Shown here one piece after another: positions 14,078-26,370 of a stretch of DNA of 64,000 bases. This DNA is from Lytechinus pictus. Its lineage: Eukaryota. The stretch spans positions 186,001-250,000 of the forward strand of contig NW_026974140.1 in assembly GCF_037042905.1 (NCBI RefSeq), read 5' to 3'. Below the pieces are notes generated by a model. The model saw only the letters and a program-made list of their open reading frames with translations, was not told the origin of the DNA and searched no databases. Position numbers and translations under genes: made by a program. Position 1 is the stretch's first letter. Every line of letters starts with the position of its first letter.

Positions 14078-14682
14078 GGGTTCTATAACAATAACCCATT
14101 TAGGGCAATCATCTCCTGACAACTACTTGAAGGGAAATATTATCCCTTTATGTTTACGCCGGGGACTGTTACCCCCCGGAAATTTACCCTCCAGACAATT
14201 AGCCCGGATAATTACCCCTAGTACGGAGCCTTGAAAATGCCATCGAAGTGACGATATGGCGTGATACTTTATCTTTCCATGTCTAATTAATAAGCTTATT
14301 ATTTCGACTTGGCATTATATTCTATCTTGTCAAGTCTATATGTCGACATGGCGAGATGTGAAGTGTAAAACTAAAAGTCCCGGCGAGAATCCCGATATAT
14401 CGCCATGTTGATATATAACTTTTTATAAGTGGACTTGGCAAGACAACGTATCTCGCCATTTGGACATAATAAGCTTATTTAGTCGACATGGCAAGATAAA
14501 GTATCTCGCCATGTCGTCAAGTCGATGGCATTTTAAAGGCTACGTTCTAGGGGTAATTGGCGTCTATAGGGTAAGTTTAGGGGGGGGGGTAACAGTCTCC
14601 GACGATAAAAATATGGGAATAATATTTTCCTTGAAGTAGCTGTCAGGGGGCGATTGTCCTTTGGGTCATCGTAATGGAACCC
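14078..14682. mobile_element. Fold-back MITE (nearly fully palindromic, GGG..CCC termini)
   Basis: GGGTTC..GAACCC ends. The arms are mutually complementary over >200 bp, e.g. AAAATGCCATCGA/TCGATGGCATTTT and AATAAGCTTATT in both arms. Confidence 0.7.
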
Positions 14683-14760
14683 CATGTACTCGTATCATTG
14701 GCATTTTGACCTCTTTATGACATTTGATCTCACTATATCCTGATCATAATTTTACACACA

Positions 14761-14902
14761 CCGCGGACTATCAGACCCGAGGACTATCGGACCCGCAGTC
14801 TATCGGACCCGCGGACTAACGGACCCGCGGACTATAGGACCGCAGTCTATCGGACCCGCGGACTAACGGACCCGCGGACTATCGGACCCGCGGACCATCG
14901 GG
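14761..14902. repeat. 16-bp minisatellite (GGACCCGCGGACTATC)n, about 9 copies
   Basis: Directly visible tandem units. Confidence 0.9.
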
Positions 14903-15287
14903 CTGTATCCTAAAATACATAAATTCTCTGAAAACATACATGTCACGTGGCGAGTGACTTTTATTTTATTATTTACCTACTGCTGCTTGACACAAAATAA
15001 AGAATACGTAAAACTTATAAATACAGTTATTAAAAAGATTTAATCAAATCTCTTTTGTCATTCTGTGGTTTCATTTTGATTTCTTTTACAATGATTGTAC
15101 ATGAAATATGCAAGGATATAACAAAATGTAACTTAACTTGGAGGGCGTCTTTTTCCATGGGATGAGACAGTAGCCATGTGACAATGCTGGTCTAAATTTC
15201 CACCAAAATTCTGACAGAGAGAAGATTCTGGCGGTAAGCAAAGTATTTTTCTGTCGATTGATGATCTGTGGCAGATATTGAGTAGTA

Positions 15288-16136
15288 ATGGGACCTAAAA
15301 GACAGTTAGACACTCCTGAAAAGAATAATCCCAAGCTGACAGCCCCAATGAAAATTATCGTGCAAGATTCTGTCGCGACTCAGGCCAACGCCCCAGGGGA
15401 GGTTTCGGCGGCGGCGTCTGCAGGGGAGATTCTGGTCGGAACGGCTAAGCACAGTGTTGGTGAGATGAAATCTGACCCACCTCCACATTGGTTCAGTAGT
15501 TTTGTCGATCGATTTGAGTCTAGCTTAATTCGTTTGGAACAGCGCATGGAGTTACTTCTTCTGGAGAGATTAGATGAAGTGAACCTGAAAGTGTCTGAGA
15601 ATGAGGAGAAAATCTTTGCATGTGCCATTCAACTTGATGATGTAGTGGCAGAAGTGAAAAAGCTCAAATCAGAGAGAGAAGACATGATTGCCAAGATAGA
15701 CGATTTAGAGAACAGATCTCGTCGTAATAACCTTGTTTTTCATGGTGTGCCGGAAAGCCCTAGAGAAAGCTGTATCGAAGTACTTGTGGGCTTATCTCCA
15801 GAAAAGTCTACATTTGAGAGATGTCACCGTACACCAACATCAAAGCGCTCATACCCAGATCAGAAGCCAGATCCAAGCCCAAGGGTCATACATGTGGCCT
15901 TCACATCATATACCATAAAGGAGCGAGTTCTTAAGGCATGCATCGCTAAATTGAAGGAGAATAAGGGAAAGAAGATCTTTGTATCTGAAGATTTTTCTAA
16001 ATGTGTTTTGCAAAAGCGGAGAAACAAGTTGGATCTCATTAAGCGCTTGAGAGATGAGGAGAAGAGGCCTTTCTTCCTTTACCCGGACAGGGTGGGCTTC
16101 AGAGCTCGAGATGGAAAGTTGCACGTCGTTGGTTGA
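15288..16136 (+). CDS. L1-type ORF1p (coiled coil + RRM/CTD), 282 aa
   Basis: Heptad-rich region followed by LENRSRRNNLVFHGVPES, ERCHR, PRVIHVAF and IFVSEDFS, all typical L1 ORF1p motifs. Confidence 0.85.
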   Translation: MGPKRQLDTPEKNNPKLTAPMKIIVQDSVATQANAPGEVSAAASAGEILVGTAKHSVGEMKSDPPPHWFSSFVDRFESSLIRLEQRMELLLLERLDEVNLKVSENEEKIFACAIQLDDVVAEVKKLKSEREDMIAKIDDLENRSRRNNLVFHGVPESPRESCIEVLVGLSPEKSTFERCHRTPTSKRSYPDQKPDPSPRVIHVAFTSYTIKERVLKACIAKLKENKGKKIFVSEDFSKCVLQKRRNKLDLIKRLRDEEKRPFFLYPDRVGFRARDGKLHVVG

Positions 16137-16659
16137 CTTAACACGTTGTAGTGTATTACTGTTTTTTTTTTACTTCATCAGAAACCTTGAAAGAGATGTA
16201 AACTGGTGTTGATTTTTATTTTGTATCTTTTCGTTGTCATGAGTGTAATATCACTCCCAAAGGCTGTTTACTTTAATTTCATTTTACTTTCATCCATTGT
16301 TACTGCACTCCAGTGATCTTTACGGTTAGTATTTGATCGACATCACTTCATCTGAGTCTACTCTCTAGTCAGTATGTTGGTGCCTTCATGTACATGTACT
16401 GTTTTGATCTCAGTTGGTTTAGGTTATTAGCACTTATACACAGGGCTGTGTTTTTTTTATTTGAAGCCCTTTGTTCGATCCTGTGCTTGCCTTGCTTTAT
16501 TTTTTCCATGTTTAGTAATATGTATTTATTTGTTTTTATTCTTATTTTTAATGTCCCTTTCTGTAATGGCAGATTGCATAACATTCATGTACCTTTTCTT
16601 CTTTGTGCTATGTTGTATTCCATATGGTGGTGATGGTTTTGGAATCTTAAAAAATTATT

Positions 16660-19600
16660 TTTATTAAGCTCAGTTCGTTTAATTGTAGGGGGCTACAGAT
16701 GTATATGTTAAAAGGAAAAAAGTTTTTAATTTCTTGCGTTCTCTAAAATCTGATATTGTATTTTCTCCAGGAGACCCATTGTGATATTAGTGATGAACAC
16801 TAGTGGAAAACCCAGTTGGGTGACATAGCTTTTTTTGCTAGTTTTGCATCGAATAGTAGAGGTGTGGCCATTGTAATAAGAAACTCGTTAAATACAAATA
16901 GTAAATCTATCTTTAAGGATCATCATGGAAGATTTTTTATTATAAATGCCATGATAAATGAACTCCCTCTCACTTTAGTAAATGTTTATGGACCAAATAA
17001 CGATGACCCAGATTTTGTATTAAGAGTGTTTGCAGAACTTGAAAAATTTGATAATGAATTTATAATAGTAGGCGGTGATTTTTACACAGTTATTGATGAC
17101 AATGAATATCAGAGTTCTAGAGATCACCATTCAAATATTAAAACTAGTGAAATGCTTTCTGTATTAATGGAGGAATATGGCTTATGTGATGTGTGGAGAT
17201 CTTTCCATCCAGGCTTGAAAAAATACACTCGACATCAAAAGTCCCTTAGAGTATTATCCATATTAGATTTCATTTTAGTTTAAAATAAATTTTTGGATAA
17301 TTGCAAGAAATCGCAGATTTTACAAGGAATCCAGTCAGATCACTCAATTGTTTCTCTTGATTTTAATTATAATCAACCAGTGAAAGGTAAAAGTTATTGG
17401 AAACTCAATACCCATTATTTACAGTTTGATACTAAATTTATCAATTTAGTTAAGGATAAAATTAAGGAATTTAAATTTTTTCATCAAGACTCCCAATGTA
17501 ACAACAACATTATTTGGGATACTTTTAAATGTTTCATTACAGGAGTTTGTATAGAATACTCAACCCGTACGAAAATAAAACAAAGAAATTAAGAAAAAAA
17601 TACATTATTGGCTAATATTGATAAAATCAAGATACAATTATCAAATAATGTATATGTAGCTGGTTACCCCTTGTTCTCACAATTGGAGGAACTTGAAGAT
17701 AAATTGGATAAGATATATGAGTTTGAAACTAAAGGTTTGATTATCAGATCTAAAGTTAGATGGTTAGAAGAAGGTGAGAAAAGTAGCAAATATTTTTGTA
17801 ATTTGGAAAACAGATCCTGGCAGAGGAAAAATATAAATAGGCTTAAATGAAAATGAGGAAAATTTGATCGCTAATTCCACAAAGATCTTAGAAAGTATAC
17901 ATGATTTTTATGCCAAGTTATATATCAGATGATAATTCAGGCGTAGATGATGATGATCTTAATGGGGCAATTTTTGCTAATATTTCAGTTCCAAAACTTG
18001 ATGATATAAAGTTCATGGAAACACCTCTTATCAAAAGTGAATTGTATAATGCAGTTAAAGCAATGAAAATGAACGAAACTCGAGGGTTAGATGGCCTGCC
18101 AGTTGAATTTTACATTGTATTTTGGAATGATATATGCGATATGTTAATTGATTCCTTCCAATTTTCATTACAGAATGGTGTTATGTCGTCTTCTCAACGA
18201 AATGGAGTTATAACCCTTCTCCCTAAAAAAGATAAAGATCCTTTGTTCATAAAGAATTATCGACCTATCACATTATTAACCACAGATTACAAAATTATTT
18301 TATAATCCTTATATGCCCAATCTGGTTTTATGAAGGGAAGAAATATTGGTCATAATATTCGTTTTATTTTGGACATTATTGAATATACAGATTTTAATGA
18401 TATCCCTGGAACTATTTTGTTACTCGATATCGAGAAAGCATTTGATAGTGTTTCTCATAATTTTCTATTTCAAACTTTGAAACAATTTAATTTTGGCTCA
18501 AATTTTATTGATTCAATAAAAACCTTGTATTCTTCTCGTTAAAGCTATGTTTTAAATAATGGTTTCTTAACTAATCGTATTTCTATGAGGAGAGGAAATT
18601 TTCAGGGTTGCCCAATTTCCGCATATTTGTTTTATTGGTTATTGAGATAATGGCTCTTTCTATTCGTCAAAATAATCAAATTAAAGGTATCCCCTCCCAA
18701 AATTATTCTGAAGTTAAAATCTTTTTATTTGCAGACGATTCAGTTTGTTTATTAGATTGCCTTAAATAATTAATTTTCCAAATTCTTTGATGTTTTGTCA
18801 AATTTTGGTAAATACTCTGGTTGTAAAATAAACTTTAGTAAAACAGAGGCGGTCTGGATTGGATCTAAAATGGGATGCCAAAATTTTCCTTATTCTAACC
18901 AGGGTGTTTCATGGAAAACTACTCAATTCTATTGTCTAGGTGTACACTTCTCATTAAACTTAAGTCTCTTGTATTGTTTGAATTACAAAGAGAGATTGAA
19001 AAAATAGAAAATACTGTAAATTGTTGGCGGATGACAAATCTCTTTTTAATAGGCAAAATGTGTGTAATTAAAACTCTTGTACTGCCACAATTGATTTATC
19101 TTTTCTCAGTTCTTTGTATAAAAATACCTCGCTCCTTTTTCACAGAGTTGAACAAGATTTTTTACAAGTTTATTTGGAGTAGAGGTAGGGATAGAGTGCA
19201 GAGAAAAGTTATGTGTAATGATTATAGAAATGCTGGTCTTAAAATGATTGATCCCCTATTATTCGCCATTTTCCAGAAATTGACTTGGGTTAAAAACCTT
19301 CATGATGAAAATTTTGATGCTTTCTGGAAAAAATCGAGTTGACCTTTTTGGAAAAGTTTAATCAAGATGTTTCTCTTTTGTGGAAATGTAATGCGCCAGA
19401 GTGTGTTTTGAACTCTCTTGGCAATATTCAATTGGCTGGTTCTTTACGTTCATGGTATTTATACAGAGAAGAAGCCGATAAGGAATTTTATGGTCACAAA
19501 TTCTCAGAACTAAGTGCATGTCAGTCATTATGGTATAACAAATTAATTCGTTAAAAATCAAATCCTTATTTATATTATGAAGCATGGTTTAATAAAAACA

Positions 19601-20392
19601 ACCTTACAATTTCAGATTTGTTTAATCCTCCTTTTCCCGGACATAAACTTTTCGAAGAATTGGTACTTGATTTTTGTATATCCTTGAGAGATAGAAGAAA
19701 GTTTAACTTTTTGATGAAAAATATCCCAGAGAGCTGGTTGGTCGAATTTGATGTTGACATTGTTGAAGTTCATGATACTATTGTGTTTAATTTGTTACAA
19801 TACAAAAAAGTACCTAAGAGTGTTTACAACATCCTACTTAGCCCCCATGTTCCAATCAAGAAATATGCATTCTGGAATGATAATTTATTGTTACCTGTTG
19901 ATATTAGCTGGGAGAAGATTCATTACACTAATTTCTGTTGTACTATTGACACTAAATTAAGGTCTGTTTATTAATTTTTTTTTTCATAAAACTATTGCAG
20001 TCAACAGTTTCCTATTTCAGATCAAGAGGAAAGATTCTCTTGACTGTTATTTCTGTGGAAAGAAGGAGGAAACCTTAATCCACATGTTCTGTGATTGTGA
20101 AAAGATTACTCCTATTTGGCATAACCTTATCACTGTTGTCTCACAGAAATTGAAATCGACCTTTTCTGTAACTAACTTTGAAATGCTTTTTGGCATCAGC
20201 ACTGACAGATTTCTTTCATATTTATTTTTACATTCGAAATATCACATTTATTCCTGCAAGTTTAGACATATTCTTCCAAATTTTATTTCATTTAATTATG
20301 TTGTTAAAAAACTAAAAGAAATTGAATATATTTTAGCTAAAAAGAAAAATAGACTGCATAGTCATTTAAAAAAAATGCGTTTTGAACTTTAA
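16660..20392 (+). pseudogene. L1/Tx1 ORF2 (APE endonuclease, reverse transcriptase, CCHC) with many stops and frameshifts
   Basis: Fragments include NVYGPN, GGDF, SDHS, RSKVRWLEEGEKSSKYF, NYRPITLL, LLDIEKAFDSV, QGCP (~18603), FADD (~18728) and C-terminal CYFC..ETLIHMFCDC. Confidence 0.92.
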
Positions 20393-21789
20393 GGGTGTGT
20401 ATCATTATTGCATGTATACTTTACAGCTAGTGACCATGCTCCATTATTTCCTCTACATTACAGAATTTTCTTGTAGAATTGTCCATGCCAACTCTATATT
20501 TATTCCTGTGACCCACGATTCTGATATCTAAATTTTCTTTTTCTCTTTTTTTTACAGATTGTTGGTACCTATATTGTTCCCCTTACCTAATAATATCTAA
20601 GTTAGAATTCATACTGCCACTGTATTATAATATATTGATTATTGTTTGTACATTATTTTGATATGAAGAAAACCATGTTTATCTTTGAACTGTTATCTTT
20701 CAATGCATAGTACGATGTAAGAATGTACTGCTTGATTCGTCCGTATATTATATACATACATGTATGTACTTTCAAGGGCGACCTCCGAGACTTAATCTAT
20801 GCAAGCGTATTCTGGAAAGTGTTTAACCCCCTGACCTTTTTCTCGAACTTACAAAGTGTTTCCAAATTTATGAGATTGATGGTCCATATTTGGCAGGATC
20901 TTGGATTGGATGGAGCCACATGGCTGAGGGTTTCCTCCCCTTTTCTTTACGTGAGCGTGTGTGTGTGTGTCGTATGCAGGATGGGGGGCAAAGATATTTG
21001 TGTTTGTACGGGGATAAGGTTTTAATTTGCGTGTGTACGAGTGAAGGGAGAGTGAGAGGGAGAGTGAGAGAGGGAGAGAGAGAGGGGGGGAATTGGGGCG
21101 GGGGGTCCTTCAGATGCTTGTACTCATTCTAGTCCGATTTCGTTATTTTGGCTTCTGTTCTCCTTTTATTTAGGGCGGTCCTTTTGTTTTTATCTCGGCG
21201 CTTCCCTCTTGAAAACGTTTAGATGATCTAATATCTGCATTTTTTTTATTGTAATGTTTCATGATTTTATGCTTTTTCATTATACTAATCATTTGTAAAT
21301 ATTGTGATTGTTATGATTTATTTCAATAAAAACTTAAATATAAAGAAAAATAAAACTTAACTTAAACAGTAGTTGACTAAAGCCCCCATCATCTCCTCTG
21401 GCTTGATATGCCCCACTCGGCCCTGGTGGTCGGTCCAGTTCCTGGATATAATAGAGAAAGAATTCTCTAAAAAATGAATATTTCCTACTTACTCTCTTCC
21501 AGAATCAGGATTATCGCAGGCCCTTACTTTGCTTCATCAGCTAGGCTATTGCTGCCTACCCTGTTTGTAGCTGCAAAATAATAAAAATCGTCTGCAAATC
21601 AGCTGCAGCTTGCGTTCAAACGCCAGACGTTTTCTTGCAACGCAAATTGGCGATTGATTGCTAGTTGCAGTCGATCGGAATCGGCTGCAAAGTTGCAGTC
21701 GATGTGTAATCAATTGCAACTCAAGTTTCTTGCAACGCCCCATTAGTCACACCCGCAAGAGCATGAGGAAATAACCATTTCCTTATCAG

Positions 21790-23400
21790 TAGCTTGATAA
21801 TAAAATATCGTGCTTTTTTTGAGCCCCCAATGTGGCAAGATGGTGTTTCGGCTATGTTAAAAAAACTATTATTTTATTGAAATAACTTGGACACAAAACA
21901 GTAGGCTATTCTCTATCAGCTACATTATAAGTGAGGGCACATCAAAGCGTACCCCCCCCCCTTTTTTTTTAAGGGACCGCCGAAGTCCCCCATCTCTTTT
22001 TTTCATTTTGGGAGCCCCATTGAAGGGAAAAGACGTTTCTGCTTTGCAGTCAAGCCACTTTTATTGTTTTGAAACTACATGGAGACAGAAGAGTAGAGTT
22101 TTTTTTTTAATATCTGCTACATATAAAGAAGTGCTGGTACAGCAAAGCCTATCCCCTCTGGAAACTGCCGAAGCTACCCACACCTTTTACGTATTTTACC
22201 TATTTATGGAAAAAGTATGTAATTTTGGAGCCCCCATTGAGGCAAAAAGCGTTTCTGCTATGTAGTAAAGCAACTTTTATTGTTTTTAAACTATATGTAG
22301 CCGAAAGAGTAGAGTCTCTTCTATATGCTACTTATAAAAAAAATGCTTGTACAGCAAAGCCTGTCCCCTCTGGGGACTGCCGAAGTTAACCCACCCCTTT
22401 ACGTAATTTAGCCATTTATGGGAAATGTGCCATTTTGGAGCCCCCATTGAGGCAAAAAGCGTTTCTGCTATATAGTAAGGCCACTTTTATTGTTTTTAAA
22501 CTACATGACGTCCAAAAGAGTAGAGTTTCCTCTATCTGCTACGTGTAAAGAAGTGCTGGCATATTGAAGCAAACCCCCTTTAGGGGGTCGTCGAAATCAC
22601 CCACCCCTATTTCATATTTTACCTATTTATGGGAAAATATGCCATTTTCGAGCCCCCATTGAGGGAAAAAGTGTTTCTACTACGTAGTAAAGCCACTTTT
22701 ATTGTTTTGAAACTACATGGAGATAAAAGAGAAGAGCTTCCTCTATATATCTGCTACATATAAAGATGTGCTGGCACAGCAAACCATACCCCCGCTTGGG
22801 ACTGCCAAAGCTACCCACCCCTTTTACGTATTTTACCTATTTATGGGGGAAATATTCCATTTTGGAGCCCCAACTGGGGCAAAAAGCTTTTCTGCTATGT
22901 AGTAAGGCTACCGTTATTGTGTTTAAACTACAAGTATATGCAGACGAAAGAGTAGAGTTTTCTCTATCTGCTACATATAAAAAAGTGCTGGTTCAGCAAA
23001 GCCTGTCCCCTCTGGGGACTGCCGAAGTTACCCACCCCTTTTACGCATTTTACCCATTTATCGGAAAATATGCAATTTTGGAGGCCCCTATTGGGGCAAA
23101 AAGTGTTTCTGCTATGTAATAAAGCCACTTTTATAATTTCAAAACTACATGAAGACAAAAAGAGTAGAGTTTCTTCTATCTGCTACATATAAAGAAGTGC
23201 TGGTACAGCACAGCCTATACACTCTGGGGACTGCCAAATTTACACAGTCCTATTCCATTTTTTAAAACCTATTTATGGGAAAAATATGCAATTTTCGAGC
23301 CCCCATTGAGGAGAATAGCGTTTCTGCTATGTAGTAAGGCCACTGTTATTGGTTTTAAACTACATGGAGATAAAACAGTAGAGTTTCCTCTATCTGCTAC
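21790..23400. repeat. ~213-bp satellite-like tandem array (about 7-8 diverged units)
   Basis: GAGCCCCCATTGAGGCAAAAAGCGTTTCTGCTATGTAG-like motifs recur at ~22011, 22228, 22437, 22650, 22864, 23081 and 23297. Confidence 0.9.
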
Positions 23401-23401
23401 A

Positions 23402-23590
23402 TATAGTATAGCATAGTATTTATTCAAACCATATATCAAACACAAACAGTTGTACAAAACACAAAATCATAGAACTCAGAATGTTAGGTTTGGGACCCCA
23501 GTGAAGCACAGCTTCTTGACGGGGCCCCCTTAACATAGTGTTATATAACAAAAGTAACATCTTAACAATGAGTATAACTTAAGAACAAAT
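23402..23590 (-). mobile_element. Probable 3' end of a non-LTR retrotransposon
   Basis: The minus strand ends in AATAAA followed by a TACTA-type short-repeat tail, and it abruptly terminates the 213-bp array. Confidence 0.4.
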
Positions 23591-25459
23591 GTGACGCATC
23601 ACACCGAAATGAGAGACTAGTCGGAATTTTTCAAATACACTTTTATTGGTGATTATTATTTCCCATTTTATTACCTTTAATATGGTATATAACTCGACCC
23701 GTAAGAGTAAATACAAATGGAGATATTAGCCTTTGAACGCGATATTAATTGGGCTCTTGGAAATCAAAATCAAGAGGAAAACGCATTTGAAGTTTGACTT
23801 CCGTTTTGACTCCGCGCCAGGAAAAAATATACTTTGTCACCGCTATGCTAATCGAAATGCCCTAGCATGACAACGACGATGTTAAATTTGGTTTTAATTT
23901 CCGTGATTACACCAAGGAGGTTATAGAAACTTCTTGATTATACAAGGGATTTATATCTTAATCAAAGAAATTAAAATGTCATGCATGTTCTACCTAATTA
24001 TTGTAAGAAACGGTCGGATCTAAAACCATTGGGGAGGATTCCCTGGTTTCGTTGTGTCAACGTGTTATTTGAATGCCAATCGACGTATGGTCCAATTAAA
24101 TAAATTATCTCTGTAAAATAGTTCATGTCTTTTTTTTCTATAAATATGAACCTGTTATAATGGAGATAGGCCATCATTTTTTCCCTTACAAATTTACGTG
24201 TTATTAATGCTTATATTATTGAGACAGTGGGAATAATTTGCTCGATCTCGTGATCTCGTCTCTTATAGATCACACTTGTTATCAGGCATAGCATGTGTTT
24301 GCTCTACTCTGTTGTATAATGTCAAAGCATATAAAAGGAAGCTCCTGTTAAATGTTTCGTCATGTTGATGAGTAAAAGTTCATTATGCGCCTCTAAAAAT
24401 ATCTGCCTTTGCCACATTATTTCAGCATGGACCCTACTACGAATTTCAGGTACACGCATTTTTGGTACACCGTTATTGAGTCTTCCAAATCAACTTGCGA
24501 TAGCTCTTCAATACTTGATAATAACAAAGATATTGTTAAATTGTAGGGTATAAAATATTTTCATGACACTTCATTTTTAATACATGGAGTTATCATATTT
24601 AAAACAATAATAAACACCATTTTATTCCATATTTATTATGACTTTTCCTCCCTTGAAATGTTATCACCAAACCAACACTATGGAGAAATAATCTTTCTTC
24701 TGATACCTTACAAAGCTCCCAAAGCTTAGGATACGGTTTGTTGAAAAAAGAGGTTCAAAGGGAACGAGAAATCAAAGTATCCCGGTTAGTCACCCTTGAC
24801 AATGGGGTAATCTCTCCCATTAAAACCCCCCACAAGTGAGCCTTTTTTTGACAAAGGAGTCAACCTGTGGCGACCGCATAGAAGCGTTGTTAGCGTAACA
24901 GAACACTAACATTATGGCCAGTCACACCTTTCACGGATGACCACCGCCTTGACGCATTGTTTTTACTAAAAGAGCACTAAAAGTAGGCCTACTGGTATCG
25001 ATAAACTCACAGAAGATTAGCCGAATTCCTAATAATCTAACAATAAAAGGCTTAGCAGAAGCTAACAGTGGCGCCAATGTTGATACAAATCACTAACAGT
25101 GCCAAGGGCACCAAAAGTGACAATGTTAGTGATTAATTTCTCTCTTTAAAACTTGTCTCCCTTTCTAATACCAAGTAATTTAAAATATACCTCGACAGAA
25201 TTAAAGGGGTATTCGGGGCCCAACAATGTATGAATTAATTGAGAAAAATAGACGAGCAAATTGCTGAAAATTTCATCAAAATCTGATTTAAAAAAATAAC
25301 AAAATTCTTAAATATTAAAAATTAAACACTGTATTTTGCAACTGATATTACTGAGCAGCATGTGGCCATGAATATGCAATAAATGGAACGATAATGCCAT
25401 ATCCTCTGGCTCTTTCCCCTCTTTCTGATTTCATTGAATTGTTAGAAAGTCAAAAAGGG

Positions 25460-25498
25460 GCCTAAGCTTTCGATCCTAGCAGAATCTTCGTCGGAGGC
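25460..25498 (-). ncRNA. Minimal hammerhead ribozyme, variant core (CCGACGA)
   Basis: Minus strand reads GCCT-CCGACGA-A-GATTCT-GCT-AGGATC-GAAA-GCTT-AGGC: stem I GCCT/AGGC, stem II, GAAA and palindromic AAGCTT. Confidence 0.7.
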
Positions 25499-26370
25499 AA
25501 AATGACAAACTATAAAGTGGAACAACCATAATATAGACCACAAACAAGCTACAGCAACACTAGAAACAAGGAGACAAAGGGGGCATTAGTGAGTAGAGAA
25601 GACCAATCAGGTTAGTGAAGGGGATGAAAGAAAAGGAGTAGGCAGACACAAAGGGAAGTTAGTGTAATTAAGGCAAAGAGGGATTAAGATAATGAGGCAG
25701 GCAACATCAAAAATGATCTGGAACAAAACAGTGACAGAGGGATGAATAACTAGAGAATTAGTGAGAGGTGGGTCAAGCAGGTTACAAAGAAAGGCATAAT
25801 AAACTGGTGCATAAGAGTGGGGAAAAAAGGAAAAGAATGGGGAACAACTGATAATGTGCAAAAGACATATAAGTATATATGATAAAGCATTAAACAAACT
25901 AAGAGAAGAAGGTAAGTGTAAATATGTATATAAATATATCAAAAAAAGAAATGTATATGAACAAATATAAATACACATATGGTGTAACTGATCTTGTAAT
26001 CCGCTAGGTGTGACGGGAAAAAAACATAGGACTATACAGTAGGGAAAAAAAAGCATGTATATGTGAAAAAGAGGAAGCAAATTGCCTAAAAAGGTAAAAG
26101 CAAATATAGAAGAGAGGGTGTGTATTATGAAGAAACCATAGTATACATGTAAATAAGCAAATGTGGTTAATCCAAAAGAGGTGAGTGGATAAAAAAAAAA
26201 TATATATATAATAATTATTATATCGCCTGAATAAGGAAGGAAAAATTGGAGCTGAGCTTGTATGAGATATGGGAGGAAAGTAGAGGAAGAAACTATAATG
26301 TAACTATTCAAAAGAGCTGAGGGGAAAAATTATATGTATATATAAATTTAAAGTGGATAGGAAAGAATAA

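Larger units (their letters stand above)
15140..21353 (+). mobile_element. Full-length but decayed L1/Tx1-clade non-LTR retrotransposon
   Basis: Contains ORF1, a disrupted ORF2, a ~1-kb 3' UTR, AATAAA and an A-rich tail. The 10-bp direct repeat AACTTAACTT at 15130-15139 and 21354-21363 is a candidate TSD. Confidence 0.9.

Noticed and set aside
23590..24863. DNA transposon starting TGTGACG; similarly a lone ..CCGTACTA end at ~33654
   Set aside because: Only one candidate terminus was found in each case, with no matching TIR, TSD or transposase.
25607..26311. 234-aa hydrophobic ORF
   Set aside because: It lies in the T-rich (minus strand) 3' region of the PLE, has low-complexity composition and shows no recognisable motif.
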